DNA of 64,000 nucleotides, from contig JBLDXI010000029.1 in NCBI GenBank assembly GCA_047495785.1, forward strand, positions 868,001 to 932,000, read 5' to 3'. The stretch's first letter is position 1. The number at the start of each line of letters is the position of its first letter. Below are positions 40,201 through 51,256 of this stretch, one piece after another. Under the pieces are notes generated by a model. That model made no database searches, was not told the DNA's origin, and saw only the letters and a list, made by a program, of their open reading frames with translations. The position numbers were made by a program, and so were the translations under genes. The DNA comes from Lepidodermella squamata (taxonomy: Eukaryota > Animalia > Gastrotricha).

Positions 40201-43200
40201 ACACTGTTGAAAGGGGCCTTTTCGCGAACGGAGGAGAAGAAAATGGGGCGAAGAAGTTCTGGCAATTTGCAAAACTTCTCCTCGATTGCTGCCATTCGAA
40301 TTCGTCCAATCGATTGCTGTATCGAAAAGCCTTCGGGGTAATGGCTCGTAACCTCTACGCCTTCCAACCACTCATAATGCTACGATTTTGCGTGGTCTCC
40401 GGCCAATTCTACTCGCGAACCGAGTCGAGAATCGACTACCAAGCTTGTTTCCTCCAGGCGGTTGAAAGCATGTTCGTTAAACACGAAAAACATTTTGATG
40501 TCAAAGATTCCAGTGCGTTGAGTCCTCTGGTCGATTTGTTGACGCTGCTTTCAATCCGAGACGCCACCATCTCAAAGCTTGCGATTTCTTGCCTTAGTCG
40601 ACTTGATTCCCTCGATATGTGGAAAGCGTACCCAATGGTCGGCCAGCTAGTTCTGTTTTTGAGTGAAAATCGGTCTGAAATCGCAGCTTCGCCTCAAAAC
40701 GTCCAGGTAGTTATCGCGCAATATTTCAAGAATTCGCAGATGAAATTAGACGTTTTGAACTCGCCAAAAGCCAAGTCGGTTAAGAAATCTAAAAAGTCTG
40801 AAGAGGATATTAGCGAAGGAAAGTCTTTGTTTTCGCTGCTATTCGAGAGTCTGCTCGATGCCGAGTCACATATTGAAGCGCCGTGGTACTTGAACAGCAT
40901 TCTGTGGCTACTTCGCGAGACGAATCACTCGATTTTGGTGCCCCACATTGCTCCATTTATCGGCAAATTTTCGAAAATCCCGAATTCCGCTTCGATCGAC
41001 GTCGATTTGGCGAACTCGATCGCTCATTTCCTCTCGCCTCAAGCTGCTCCGAATTTGTCCGATTCATACTTGGACATTGTACTGGGTGCTTTGACTCCCA
41101 AATCTAATGCAACTATGCGAAAAATCGTGTTCGAAAAAATCACGCACGATTTCTTCTCGAAATTGCCGAACGAAGATTCGCAGTTCAAAATCGCTCTGCG
41201 CATTCTCGATTTGTACTTTGGCGAAAAAACAGTCGATGTCACTGCGAAATTGCTCGAGCTTCAGTTGTCATTGAGTCTATTCAAGCGGCTTCTTATCTCT
41301 TTGTATGGCGAATTGAAGGCGATCCCAGTCGATGATATCGAAAAGTCACGGAAGAATCGAAAACGTCGCGTTTCCACTAGTTTCGCCGACGATTTCGATG
41401 TGCATGTGATTGCGGTTAAACTTGTGCTGTGCCTCGAGGCCCTGCAAGCTGTGACTTCTAACGCGAAATCCGAATCGGCCGATTTGCTGATAGATCCGAT
41501 TTTTGACGTGTTTGAGAACACGTTCCAAGGCGCTCTGGCCGTGAAGGAGACCTACATCATTCGTGTCGATACTACTTCGATCCTCGACAACGAGGTTGAG
41601 CAGTTTTCAACACCTGACATCGTTCGCCAGCTATGCTTGACCTGTTTGAGCAACCTGTTCAACAATTACACTCTTAAAGGTATTTTTTTATTTTTTGAGC
41701 GTTTTACGTCTTATTAAACTTAGCTCTCGATTTTTCTCGTGTTCAATATTGTGCTTCATTGGAAATTATTTTCTCAACATTTTTTGAGAAGCGGAAGACG
41801 GCTTTTATGAACCCGGAATGTCTATTTTAGTGTCATATATCATTGAAATTTCGGACCTTGGAATGATTCGATGGTCTACTAGATTAACCCAATTCAGCAA
41901 TAGCCACCTTAATTTTTCCTTATGATTGAAGCTTAATTTTTCGGACTTTTTATTTATTTTGCCCCATTTTTCAGATATTGACGATTTCCGCTCATCCGCC
42001 ATTCTCAGCTGCATCGCACCGGTTAACCTAAAATCACTCCACGGTGCACTGATGTTACTAGAAGCTGTGGCTAAAGGGAAACAGGTACATTTTCGTTTTA
42101 TCGATAAGACTTTGTTTTCATTACTGTGAAATCACTTAATAGGCGGCAGTCAAACCGGTCATTTCCGATGTATTTTCGCTGCTTTGTTCAAGTGAAATCC
42201 TGCCACGTGATGATTCATACAGCGTCAAAATCGTCGCTGATCTTCTCAGTGCACTCGTGCCGATTCTTTCTATCGTAAACTCGCACATTTTCGCAATGTT
42301 CACATTGTTTACCCAGACGTGTTTTTCAGGAGCCAAAGTTCGATCTAGATAACAGCAATTCGTTCTTCGCCATTGTCGGAGTGTTAGTTCGCAACTGGGC
42401 GGCTATCAATAATTCAAACGGTCAAGTTGTTGTTGCTAAATTGTTCGAAGCGTGTTTATCTCAAAAACGCGTGGACTGCCTCGCCTCCGCCCTTACGCTA
42501 ATTGTGTGCCAACGACTGGTGGGTTACTCCGAAAAACTGAAATCAGAAGACGAAAGCGAAATTTTGGTTTGTAAATTTGATTGAAAATAATCGGGGAAAA
42601 TTCAATGTGTTTAAATTCAGATGACTGATATTGAAAAAATGGTGCATTTCCTAACGAGTGTAATTCATGAAATCGATTCGCAATTGGGTGTTGACGAGCT
42701 GATTGAACTGACCCAAAAATTGTGTACATCCCTGACGATGAGTGAAAAAGAGGCGAGCAAATTGGCCCAGACTCCGACATGTGAAATCGCGACTGCGTGC
42801 GGTTGGAATTTCAGTGAAAAACCAGCTCAGCGTGTGATTCGCCTCGGCATTCTGTCCTTCGTCAACCGGCTTCTCGCGATTTTGATCGAAAAAGCTCAAG
42901 TCGCCAATGAAAAGGTGTGTTTTTCTCTATTTTTATTGAATTTCGCCGGGAAATTTATAAGTAACTTTTATTGTTTATAACATTGACGCTCAGCTCTGCT
43001 CGCGTAGACCTGCGTGACTAAGACCAATAATTTACTGGTGCTATTTTACGAGACGTTTTAATAGTATTTGCAAGTATAAAATTTGACAAATTTCTGTTGG
43101 ACAGAGTTACAAAAGTTTAAATAAGACCGGCGATGTGCAACACGAAACACAATTTTCTCTATATATTTCGCGATTTTTCGAGATTTAAGCGTTTATTCTT

Positions 43201-46200
43201 CCAACTTTCCGTCCATTGGCCGTGATAAGATGTCTTTGGCTAGCATTTGAGCCCATAGGTAAAAGGTGGTATTTTGGTCGCAAATCGCCTTGCCGAGGGA
43301 TCGAATGCACTCCTGGTACTGCTTGCGATTATGTTGCTGCTTCTGCTTCTGCTTTTCGAGGGTCTGACGGAAGTTTTCCAACGACTCGTAACGCCGGCGC
43401 AATTGCGTGATTTGCGCTAGTTCTAAATTATAAAAAAATCCGCCTTAAAATATTGATTTTCGCAAATTTTTGTAAATAATTACCGGCTTTTGTCAGTGCG
43501 ACCTTGTTCTTGTTTGCGTTTTGTGTGATTTCTTGCGTTTTGGCGACGAGGTTCTTCTGCACTCGAGAAATCATGTCGTTGAGGCGGCTGAACGTTTTCT
43601 CGTCGTCGTCCTCCTCGGCCGAGCCGCTGCTAAGCCCAGCCTCGCCAGATTTCCCGGTGGGATTCGCCATGGTTGCAGTGGCAATGACTGCCAGCAGTAG
43701 AACAGCGATTAATTCGATTTTAAGCATTTTAAAATTTGTTAATGTAGTAATAATAATATCAGTCTAATAATTGAAAAGGCTAGAATGATGTTGGCTAGCG
43801 AAACAGCAGGGTTTAAGTGCGAAAGAGAACACTAAAAGCAGCGCAGGCGGATCTGTGCGCGCAAGGAAGTGGCGCACGCGCGCTTCTCAGCAAGCGGCTG
43901 TGCGAATGATTCGTCACGTTTAGGAAATGCCGATTACCTAAGCGCCATTCATTTGCAGTACGTGCAGTGAAACAAAAAATGTTTTCGTTTTATCTGAGCA
44001 AGAATGAAAAATGATGATAATAATGATGACGCTATCCGATCGAGAAAAAAATGTAATCGAATGCGCGTGATCTTTGCGTCTCGATGGGCTAATTCGACGT
44101 GGGCGGGTGTGTTTTTTGGCTGTGTTATTCCTTGGTTATTAATAATTGATGATACCAGAATATTTCCATATTTTATATTTGAGTGGTTTTTTATCATTAT
44201 TTTAGGACATCTCGACACAATGCCAGCTGCTGTTCGAGTCGGTTGTGTGCTTGGCGACCGATGATGTGTGCCGCATCAGCAGCGCGGTTTCCGCTCCGGC
44301 GAGCGCGACCATTAGCGTGCCGCTAGCCTACGTCGACGAGGTTTTGCTCGCTTTCGAACAGGTAATTAATCATTCATTCATTCATTCATATCGAAATTTG
44401 ATATATTGCGAAATAATGATGAAAAGTTGATCCGGAATAACGGACATGTTGGATTTTAACTAAGCACTCTAATTTTTTTCTGAGTCATGTGCAATTTTGA
44501 ATATATTAACTCATTATGGGGTGGAATTTTAATCTAATTTTTTGGTTTTGCTTTTTTGAAGACTAATTCGCTGCTGAGTGATGCGGCGTTCGTTGAGGCG
44601 GCTCGGCATATTTTGGCGGATGACGACGAGCGGAAGGAATCTGAAGTAGCTGTGGCGGGCAGTGGGGGCGACGCGCACTGGCGCATGCAACTGCGCACCC
44701 TCCAAGTTCTCGCCGACCGTCTGCCTGAAATCATTTCAAAAAGCCAGAATGTGGTATGTGATCTCAGTTTTATCGAAAAATGGAGAATAATTAATTTGCG
44801 TTCAATTGATTCAAAAAAGGGGGGTAAAAGGTTTTGTAGGCAATATTTCAAAAAATTAGCGGTTGTTAAATGGGGCTACGAGATGGGTCATTTTTATCGA
44901 TCGATTAATTCCGAAAATATTGGAAAATGACGTCTAAAATTAGCTGAAGTGCTATTTGAAATTGTCTTGGGCGTTCAATCGCACTGGAGTATAGCGGAAT
45001 AAAATTGAGGGTAAATACATGTACCTAGCATAGCATAGCATAGCATTCTCTTTCAAAAATTTTCCTTGACATTTTAGTTATCAAAATATTCAAAATTTGT
45101 AAAAAGGAAGTGAATTTTTTGGGGTATAAAAATTAAAAAAATGAGAAGGAAATGATAAAAAAAATCACTCCGGTGTATCCAATACTCCGGGCGTGGGGCT
45201 AATCTAATTGGCGCCAAGCGTACCGAGTTTCGTAGGAGGACTGGCAGCGAGTTACCTATCCTGATCGTGATCGCCTAACTCAATTATGCCTTGATCCGAA
45301 ATTTTCCGAAAATAACTCTAAATAAATTAAAAATAATCGAATTTTCCAGACCTGGAGTAAAGAGTGAAAAAAGGGGACGGGACTCAAGAAAACGTTTCAA
45401 ATTTTTCAAGCTGTAAAATAAAACAAAGGATGTGCGCAAAAAACTGTTGCTTTTTCAGATGAAAGCTAAAACTCAATTTGATACCTTGGGTCGCATCCCA
45501 ACTATTGACATTTAAATTGGAGAAGTTAATGCGGTTATTTTGTATTTCAGCCTCCGTCTACTGAGAAAATATGCCGCCTTCTGCTGAAAAAGCTGAAAAA
45601 ATCTTCCGTAAAAATGTCAATTCGCCAAGCGATTTGCTCAACCCTGACCAGTGTCGCTCGATCCGCCTCCGGTCTCATCGATAGCAGTGATGGCGAAACG
45701 AGTGTTGCCTGCGACTGCATTCGAGGCACCCTTGAAACCACTCTAGCCCTGCTCAAGAACACGGCTGGAATGAAAGCGAGCGTTGATAACATGAAGTTCG
45801 TGGCGTTACTTCTCGAATGCTCGGCTTGTTGTTGCGTTTCCCTCGGCGCCACTGCTCTCGCTTCACTTGGACCATTGGTCAATTGCTGCCTGTCTCAATT
45901 GGACACTACCTCGGAAACTTTCAAGTAAGTATTATTTTTTCGAAAATTAATTGAAATTTACAATAATGATGATCAGGCTATTTGAAACGACGTGATATTT
46001 TCAGCTTAAGCACTCTAATTTTTTTCTGATTTTCCTCAAATTGTCTATTTTTCTGAAATCGTTTTTGTCCACCTTAACATTTCACATTTTGAATTTCAGT
46101 GCTGCGCAGAAGTCGAGTGGAACTTCGGTACCAGCCGCCGCTTTGTCTGCTCTGGGCCAACTTCTAGTCGCGTTTTCGTCATTCACAAGTCCGTATACGA

Positions 46201-47386
46201 ACGACATTCTACGCCGGCTGTGTTTGCTGAAACCGCTAATCCATTCGTGGCCAACGAGCCGCGTTTCGATCGAACTGCTCAACCGAATCGACGAAGTTCT
46301 GTCAACTCTGGCGACGACCCATTTCCGCCTGCTCGTGCCGCTTTTCCCCGCGATCTACGAGCGACTGACGAAAGAGTCCGAGTCGAAAGATGTCATCATT
46401 TGCTTCTTCCGATTTGTTACGAAATCGATGGAAAAATGGAGCCGAGACGAGATTTTGCCGCACCTACCCAAGCTTCACTCGTTCTTCGTCGTCGCCTTTG
46501 ATTACCGCTACGAATTGCGGGAAAAATCCGTTGATCTAGAGTCGATTGCCGAGGTCGAAGATCAAGCGTTCGAGAGTTTGATCGCTCTTTCGCTGAAATT
46601 GACTGAATCTGAAATGCGGCCGCTGTTCTTCAAAATCTTCGACTGGTGCTCGAGGGCTGTTGAAGAGAACCGACCGCTGCGACTCATCACATTCTACCGC
46701 TTCACAGTTCGATTGGCCGATTCGTTGAAATCGCTATTCCACCTATTCGCCGCGCCCATTTTCAAGCAAGCCGTTGAAATTCTGGAAAAGACAAACGCTG
46801 CGGCGGTCGAAGATGGCCAGAAAACGCTGTTCTCGAACATCGAACTCGACCTGCTGTTGGCGCAGAGTGTGTGCGATATGTTGACCTTGCTGTTCACGAA
46901 TGACGTCAGCGGCTTCACGAATCGGTCGAGATTTGACCTCGTTGAGTCGCCCCTGGTTGACCAACTCGACCTGGGTGAGCAGATCGAGGCGACTGGCACG
47001 TATTTGACGTACGTTCGTGACCATGCCGCCCCTGCTATAGTCTCCCTGGCGGTGTCTGTGAGTGAAGATTCGGCGTGGAAAATGGTTAATCAGTCGATTT
47101 TGGTGAAAACGCAACACGCGCTGCCGCAAATTCGAATGGCGGCGATTCACGTGTTGGATCTGCTGGTAACTCGAATGTCTGAAGACTATTCAAGTGCCCT
47201 ACCCGACACTGTTCCATACTTGGCTCCACTTTTGGAAGGTAATTTCCAATTGTTATTCATTTTATTGTGCAAGTCGCATTTTTTCTTTCATTTTTAGATG
47301 ACGATGAAACTGTGGAGGCTGCCTGCAAAGACCTTGCTACAAAACTTGAGAACATTCTTGGCGAACCTATTTCTAAATATATGTAG
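37208..47386 (+). CDS. HEATR1: HEAT repeat-containing protein 1 / UTP10 (multi-exon)
   Basis: N-terminal MTSLSSQLKRL...ASFLFEPQEAA...KALEWLIYRYHIH. BP28CT region LKLTESEMRPLFFKIFDW. C-terminal LPDTVPYLAPLLEDDDETVE...LGEPI. Confidence 0.95.
37919..38050 (+). ncRNA. H/ACA snoRNA family A, copy 1 (HEATR1 intron 1)
   Basis: Hairpin, H box (AAAGCA), hairpin, ACA+3. The 3' hairpin is shared with 47710 and 48458. Confidence 0.7.
38843..38982 (+). ncRNA. H/ACA snoRNA family B, copy 1 (HEATR1 intron 2)
   Basis: AGCCC/GGGCT hairpin, H box ACATAA, second hairpin, terminal ACA. Three copies, all intronic. Confidence 0.8.
39452..39521 (+). ncRNA. C/D snoRNA, snR77/SNORD65-like (18S Um578 yeast / Um627 human), copy 1 (HEATR1 intron 3)
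   Basis: Box C ATGATGG, guide TGGAATTACCG complementary to 18S CGGUAAUUCCA, D' TCGA, C' ATGATA, D CTGA. Confidence 0.85.
43193..43727 (-). CDS. Orphan secreted protein nested antisense in a HEATR1 intron
   Basis: Signal peptide. Exons 43727-43484 and 43422-43193 join in frame. Contains an RRR site and two Cys near the C-terminus. Confidence 0.7.
44415..44484 (+). ncRNA. C/D snoRNA family D, copy 1 (HEATR1 intron)
   Basis: Box C ATGATGA. D-box guide TAAGCACTCTAATTTTTT is complementary to 18S AAAAAAUUAGAGUG. D box CTGA. Confidence 0.8.
45965..46030 (+). ncRNA. C/D snoRNA family D, copy 2 (HEATR1 intron)
   Basis: Same boxes and identical 3' guide as 44415, with a diverged 5' half. Confidence 0.8.
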
Positions 47387-47709
47387 AGAGGGAGTGGCTT
47401 CTTGTTGCGATTCTATACTATATGCAAATGTATACTTATTGTGCCTTAATAAATTTACCAAATTACCTCCATTTTTCAATCTTGTCTCGTTCTTCAAAAT
47501 CGTCTTTCTTTATTTTCTCCGCCATCATCTCAAGAAAAGGTATGTCGATTTTTTGCTTCAAACATGCTTTTGATTTTTCTAATTTTAGACATGATTCTTG
47601 TGATGCTTCTTCGTCTTCACAAATGCAATTCTCTCAATTCGCCTACAAAAGGTAATTTTTTTATCAATTCTTAGTATGAAAAACGTGAATTACATAAAAA
47701 TAACTTTTG

Positions 47710-47841
47710 GCGTTCTTGCGGAAGTTGCCAGGCATTTACTGTGCTTTTCAACTTGGAATAAGAATGCGATAGCCAGGCTTTCTTAGCCAGTAGATCACGA
47801 AAGTGCAATTTTGTGGTTTCTGATAAAAGTTAGCTACATTT
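47710..47841 (+). ncRNA. H/ACA snoRNA family A, copy 2
   Basis: Two hairpins and a terminal ACA. The H box is degenerate. Near-identical to 48458. Confidence 0.7.
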
Positions 47842-47962
47842 CTTTATTTATTTTCAGACTGGACGAAGACAACTGTCAGCTACCCAGCTTATAAAAAGGT
47901 TTGTCAACACATTTTTTTAATGTTTTCCCAATATTTATTTTGCTGAAAATTGTCGATAAATA

Positions 47963-48102
47963 AGCCCAAATTCATCCATCGTTTATTATGCTCAGTAAAT
48001 AAACGATCAGAGACGGGCTGAACACCAAATTCCAGACCGAGACGGTCGCTGATTTTTCTTTCAAAAATGAACTCATCAGCATCACCCATCTTGGTTACAT
48101 TG
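47963..48102 (+). ncRNA. H/ACA snoRNA family B, copy 2
   Basis: Near-identical to 38843, H box ACACCA. Confidence 0.8.
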
Positions 48103-48207
48103 CTTTAATCCATCTTATTTTTCAGAAATGGCTGCTGCAATTTTGGCCTTGCCGTCTGCTCAAACGTTCAAGGTAATTGCCATGCTCCAATTTTTTAAAG
48201 ATATTTA

Positions 48208-48351
48208 AGCCTAAATTCATCCATCGTTCATTGCGGTCAGTAAATGAACGATCAGAGACGGGCTGAACATGAAATTTCAGACCAAGACGGTCGCTGGTGT
48301 CTCGCTTTTTAGCTAATGAGCCTCTCAGCATCACCCATCTTGTTTACACCT
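48208..48351 (+). ncRNA. H/ACA snoRNA family B, copy 3
   Basis: Pocket sequences conserved while apical loops have diverged. H box ACATGA, terminal ACA. Confidence 0.8.
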
Positions 48352-48457
48352 ACCTTAATATTTTGTAGACTCTGGTCGAGCCGAATCAAATTGCAGCCAA
48401 TTTCGCGTGGACTCGAATTAAAAGTAAGTTGATGATTTTTTAGTGCTAAAAATCTAG

Positions 48458-48589
48458 GCGTTCTTGCGGAAGTTGTTAGGCATTAACTGCGCTTTCCAAC
48501 TTGGAATAAGAATGCAACAGCCAGGCTTTCTTAGCCAGTAGATCACGAAAATGCAATTTTGTGGTTTCTGATAAAAGTTAGCTACATTT
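48458..48589 (+). ncRNA. H/ACA snoRNA family A, copy 3
   Basis: Near-identical to 47710. Confidence 0.7.
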
Positions 48590-48706
48590 CTGTCATTCTT
48601 CTTTAGGTCTTTGGTTGGTTGTTCAAGTCTACCGACGAGATCCAACTCAACTGTCAACTATTTAAAGGTTTGTCTCCATATTTTTTACGCTTCTCTGATT
48701 ATTTTC

Positions 48707-48776
48707 AATGATGGTGGAATTACCGTTCGATCAAACATGATACAACTTCTTCGGCTGCTTATGAAGAATTACTGAG
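48707..48776 (+). ncRNA. snR77/SNORD65-like C/D snoRNA, copy 2
   Basis: Identical to 39452. Confidence 0.85.
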
Positions 48777-48927
48777 ATTATTCCTCCAAAATATTATAAT
48801 TTTTCCGAAAATTCAAGAGAAATTGCAATTTGTTGTTCTAATTGCAGATTCCAGATCGAGTTCTTGGTCGAAGTGCTGATTCCGAATTCCCAGTAAGTTC
48901 GTTATTATTTTAGCTTAAAATATTTCC

Positions 48928-48997
48928 CATGATGGTGGAATTACCGTTCGATAACTCATGATACAACTTCTTCGGCTGCTTATGAAGAAATACTGAG
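48928..48997 (+). ncRNA. snR77/SNORD65-like C/D snoRNA, copy 3
   Basis: Differs only in the D'-C' linker and at one position near the D box. Confidence 0.85.
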
Positions 48998-49172
48998 GAA
49001 AATGATTATAATTGCTGAAAACCATATTTTATTGTGCTCTACGCCTATTTGACATTTTCATTACTTTTTCAGATTTTCCAAGAAGCCTTCGACTCCATTC
49101 AATCTGTCTATCGACAACATAACGCTATCTCTTTTGTAAGTTTATTGAAATAGCTTTCATAATAGAATTTTC

Positions 49173-49242
49173 AATGATGGTGGAATTACCGTTCGATCAA
49201 ACATGATACAACTTCTTCGGCTGCTTATGAAGAATTACTGAG
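49173..49242 (+). ncRNA. snR77/SNORD65-like C/D snoRNA, copy 4
   Basis: Identical to 39452. Confidence 0.85.
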
Positions 49243-49397
49243 AATTAAAAAATAGCGAATCGCTCATTTCCGGTTATTTATCAACAGTGTTTTAAATCTT
49301 CGTTATTTGTTTCAGATTATGAATTCCACGATCCATGCAGTTTGAGAGGTTCTTTAACAGGTGAGTAAATTAGGCATTTGAAATTATAAATCAGGTC

Positions 49398-49467
49398 AAT
49401 GATGGTGGAATTACCGTTCGATTAATCATGATACAACTTCTTCGGCTGCTTATGAAGAATTACTGAG
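49398..49467 (+). ncRNA. snR77/SNORD65-like C/D snoRNA, copy 5
   Basis: Differs only in the D'-C' linker. Confidence 0.85.
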
Positions 49468-50391
49468 ACTTGGATACAAATTTATTTCTTCGCTGAATTT
49501 TTCGATGCGTATCTAATTGTTTGATTATTTATTCCAGACGTTGGAACGAAAAGCATTGGCTCGCCTATTTTTCTAACTGGTTCAAAGACTGATAAACTTA
49601 TTTTGTTACCCTGCTTTAATACTGTGTTTTACGTTTTACGGATTTGAATAAAAATGAGATTTGATTCTTCAGTCTTGTAATATCGAATTTCGACTATCGA
49701 CTACAGTAAGAGACTAAGCCAACGAGCTGAGCGCGGCCAGGAACGGGGATATAGGATATTTTTAGCGGTTGCTATGATTTGGCGTCGGCTTTCGTGCTTT
49801 AATTTCATTTTTGGGATGAGCATGCTGTTAGAGAAGACGCAGTTGCAAGCTAAATCGCTTTAGTTTCGTGAGCTCTAAATGTAGTGTTTCGACATGACCT
49901 ATGAGTATTGGGGTTGTGTCGTCATTTGAATTGACCTGCAATGCGAAATCGTGGGTGCTGATAAGTAAATATATAGGGGTCAAACTTGAACGTAACAAAC
50001 AATAGGTTTTTTGGCTGGCTATTTTACTTTTTGGCGAAATTATTTGTCAATTTTGTCTGGTCGGACAGCGTGTTTATACGGGAGCTTTCGTAGAACAAGT
50101 ATGCCTTGTATGACGAAGCGAACTAGAGCGATGATCCCTGGGACCTTGACTGTTTGCTGGGCACTGGGCACTATCATCCTAGTCCGATTTCCACCATTTG
50201 TTATATAGTCGAAGCACTTCCTTTAATCTGATCACCTTGTTTTGCACCTAAACACCTGAACTTTGAATTCGTAAGTTATGCCAACCTTATTTTATTGGAC
50301 ATTTGAAAATACGTTTCCAAAAAATAATCGTGTCAAACTGATACAAAGTCTTTATTATTTTTGCCCACCAGGGCGTCGGCTGAGATTCTTT

Positions 50392-50955
50392 CTACTGGGG
50401 GGCAGCGCCAGTTTCGACGGCGACGCTGTACGAGAAGTTGTTGGAGGCGGAGTAGCTGCCGCTCTTGTGGCCCTTGCGACCCTTGTTGCGCTTGCCGCCG
50501 AACTTCTTGTGGCCAGCCTTCTTGTTGAACTTGCCGTGACGCTTGTTTTTGCGGCCGCCGAACGAGCCCGATCGCGAGTACGAGCCAGACTTGGACATGC
50601 GCTGGTGCACGCGCTTGAACTTCTTGGTGGACACCTTGCGGGTGTGCTTGTTGGTGCGGGCGGACACGGATGCGGACACCGACTTGGAGTACGAGCCGCG
50701 GCGCTTGTTGCGCTTCGAGACAAACTTCTTGCCGAAGTTCTTCGCCGGCCGCTTGTTCTTCTGGTACGAGCCGCTCTTCGAGACGCTGTACGAGTAGCTT
50801 CGGGAAATTTCCTTGTTCGGCTTGCCACGACCAGCTTCAGTCTCGGTGAAGGCTGAAAAAAGAAGAAACAAAGAATACTTGCCGAAAGCACTAGGCTTGA
50901 ATGCTTTACCAAGAGCCACGAGGATGGCAACAGCAATGGCACAAGCGAAACGCAT
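50392..50955 (-). CDS. Secreted basic Lys/Arg/Ser-rich orphan protein (copy B)
   Basis: Exons 50955-50910 and 50852-50392. The 57-nt stop-free intron is read through in the ORF track. TATAAA at ~51049-51054. Confidence 0.85.
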   Translation of the reverse strand: MRFACAIAVAILVALGKAFKPSAFGKYSLFLLFSAFTETEAGRGKPNKEISRSYSYSVSKSGSYQKNKRPAKNFGKKFVSKRNKRRGSYSKSVSASVSARTNKHTRKVSTKKFKRVHQRMSKSGSYSRSGSFGGRKNKRHGKFNKKAGHKKFGGKRNKGRKGHKSGSYSASNNFSYSVAVETGAAPQ

Positions 50956-51256
50956 TTTGGAAATGTTATTTAAGATTCAATCAAACGGATTCAATCAAAT
51001 ATCAAACGGAAATCGAATGTTGAAAATGACCGCGGGAGGGGGCGGGATTTTATAGGGGTGGCTAATTGGCTAGGCGAATTCTGGCGTTATGTATAATTCT
51101 TTGTTGTTAAATGAATTGAAATAAAAAGAAATCATTTGCTAATGGAGTGGCGTAACAATAGAACCTCCCTCCTCTACTCCAAACGTTTCTGGCCAGAAGT
51201 TGCTAGCCAGAAGTTAAAGATCGCTAAAGAATGAATTCAACTCAAAAAGATTCAGA

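Larger units (their letters stand above)
47504..49660 (+). ncRNA. Multi-exon snoRNA host gene (GAS5/UHG-like), ~10 short exons
   Basis: Pyrimidine (TOP-like) start. Exons ~47504-47539, 47589-47651, 47858-47898, 48126-48172, 48369-48423, 48607-48667, 48848-48892, 49073-49135, 49316-49361 and 49538-end, all with GT-AG sites. One snoRNA in each of introns 2-9. AATAAA at ~49647. Confidence 0.8.

Noticed and set aside
47710-47841. U2 snRNA (GGCUAAGA) as the target of H/ACA family A
   Set aside because: One pocket strand fits, but the other would put the site too close to the ACA box.
48707-49467. Regularly spaced ~70-bp repeats with unique spacers resembling a CRISPR array
   Set aside because: Eukaryotic context with no cas genes. 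The repeats have C/D boxes and an 18S guide, and the spacers contain splice sites.
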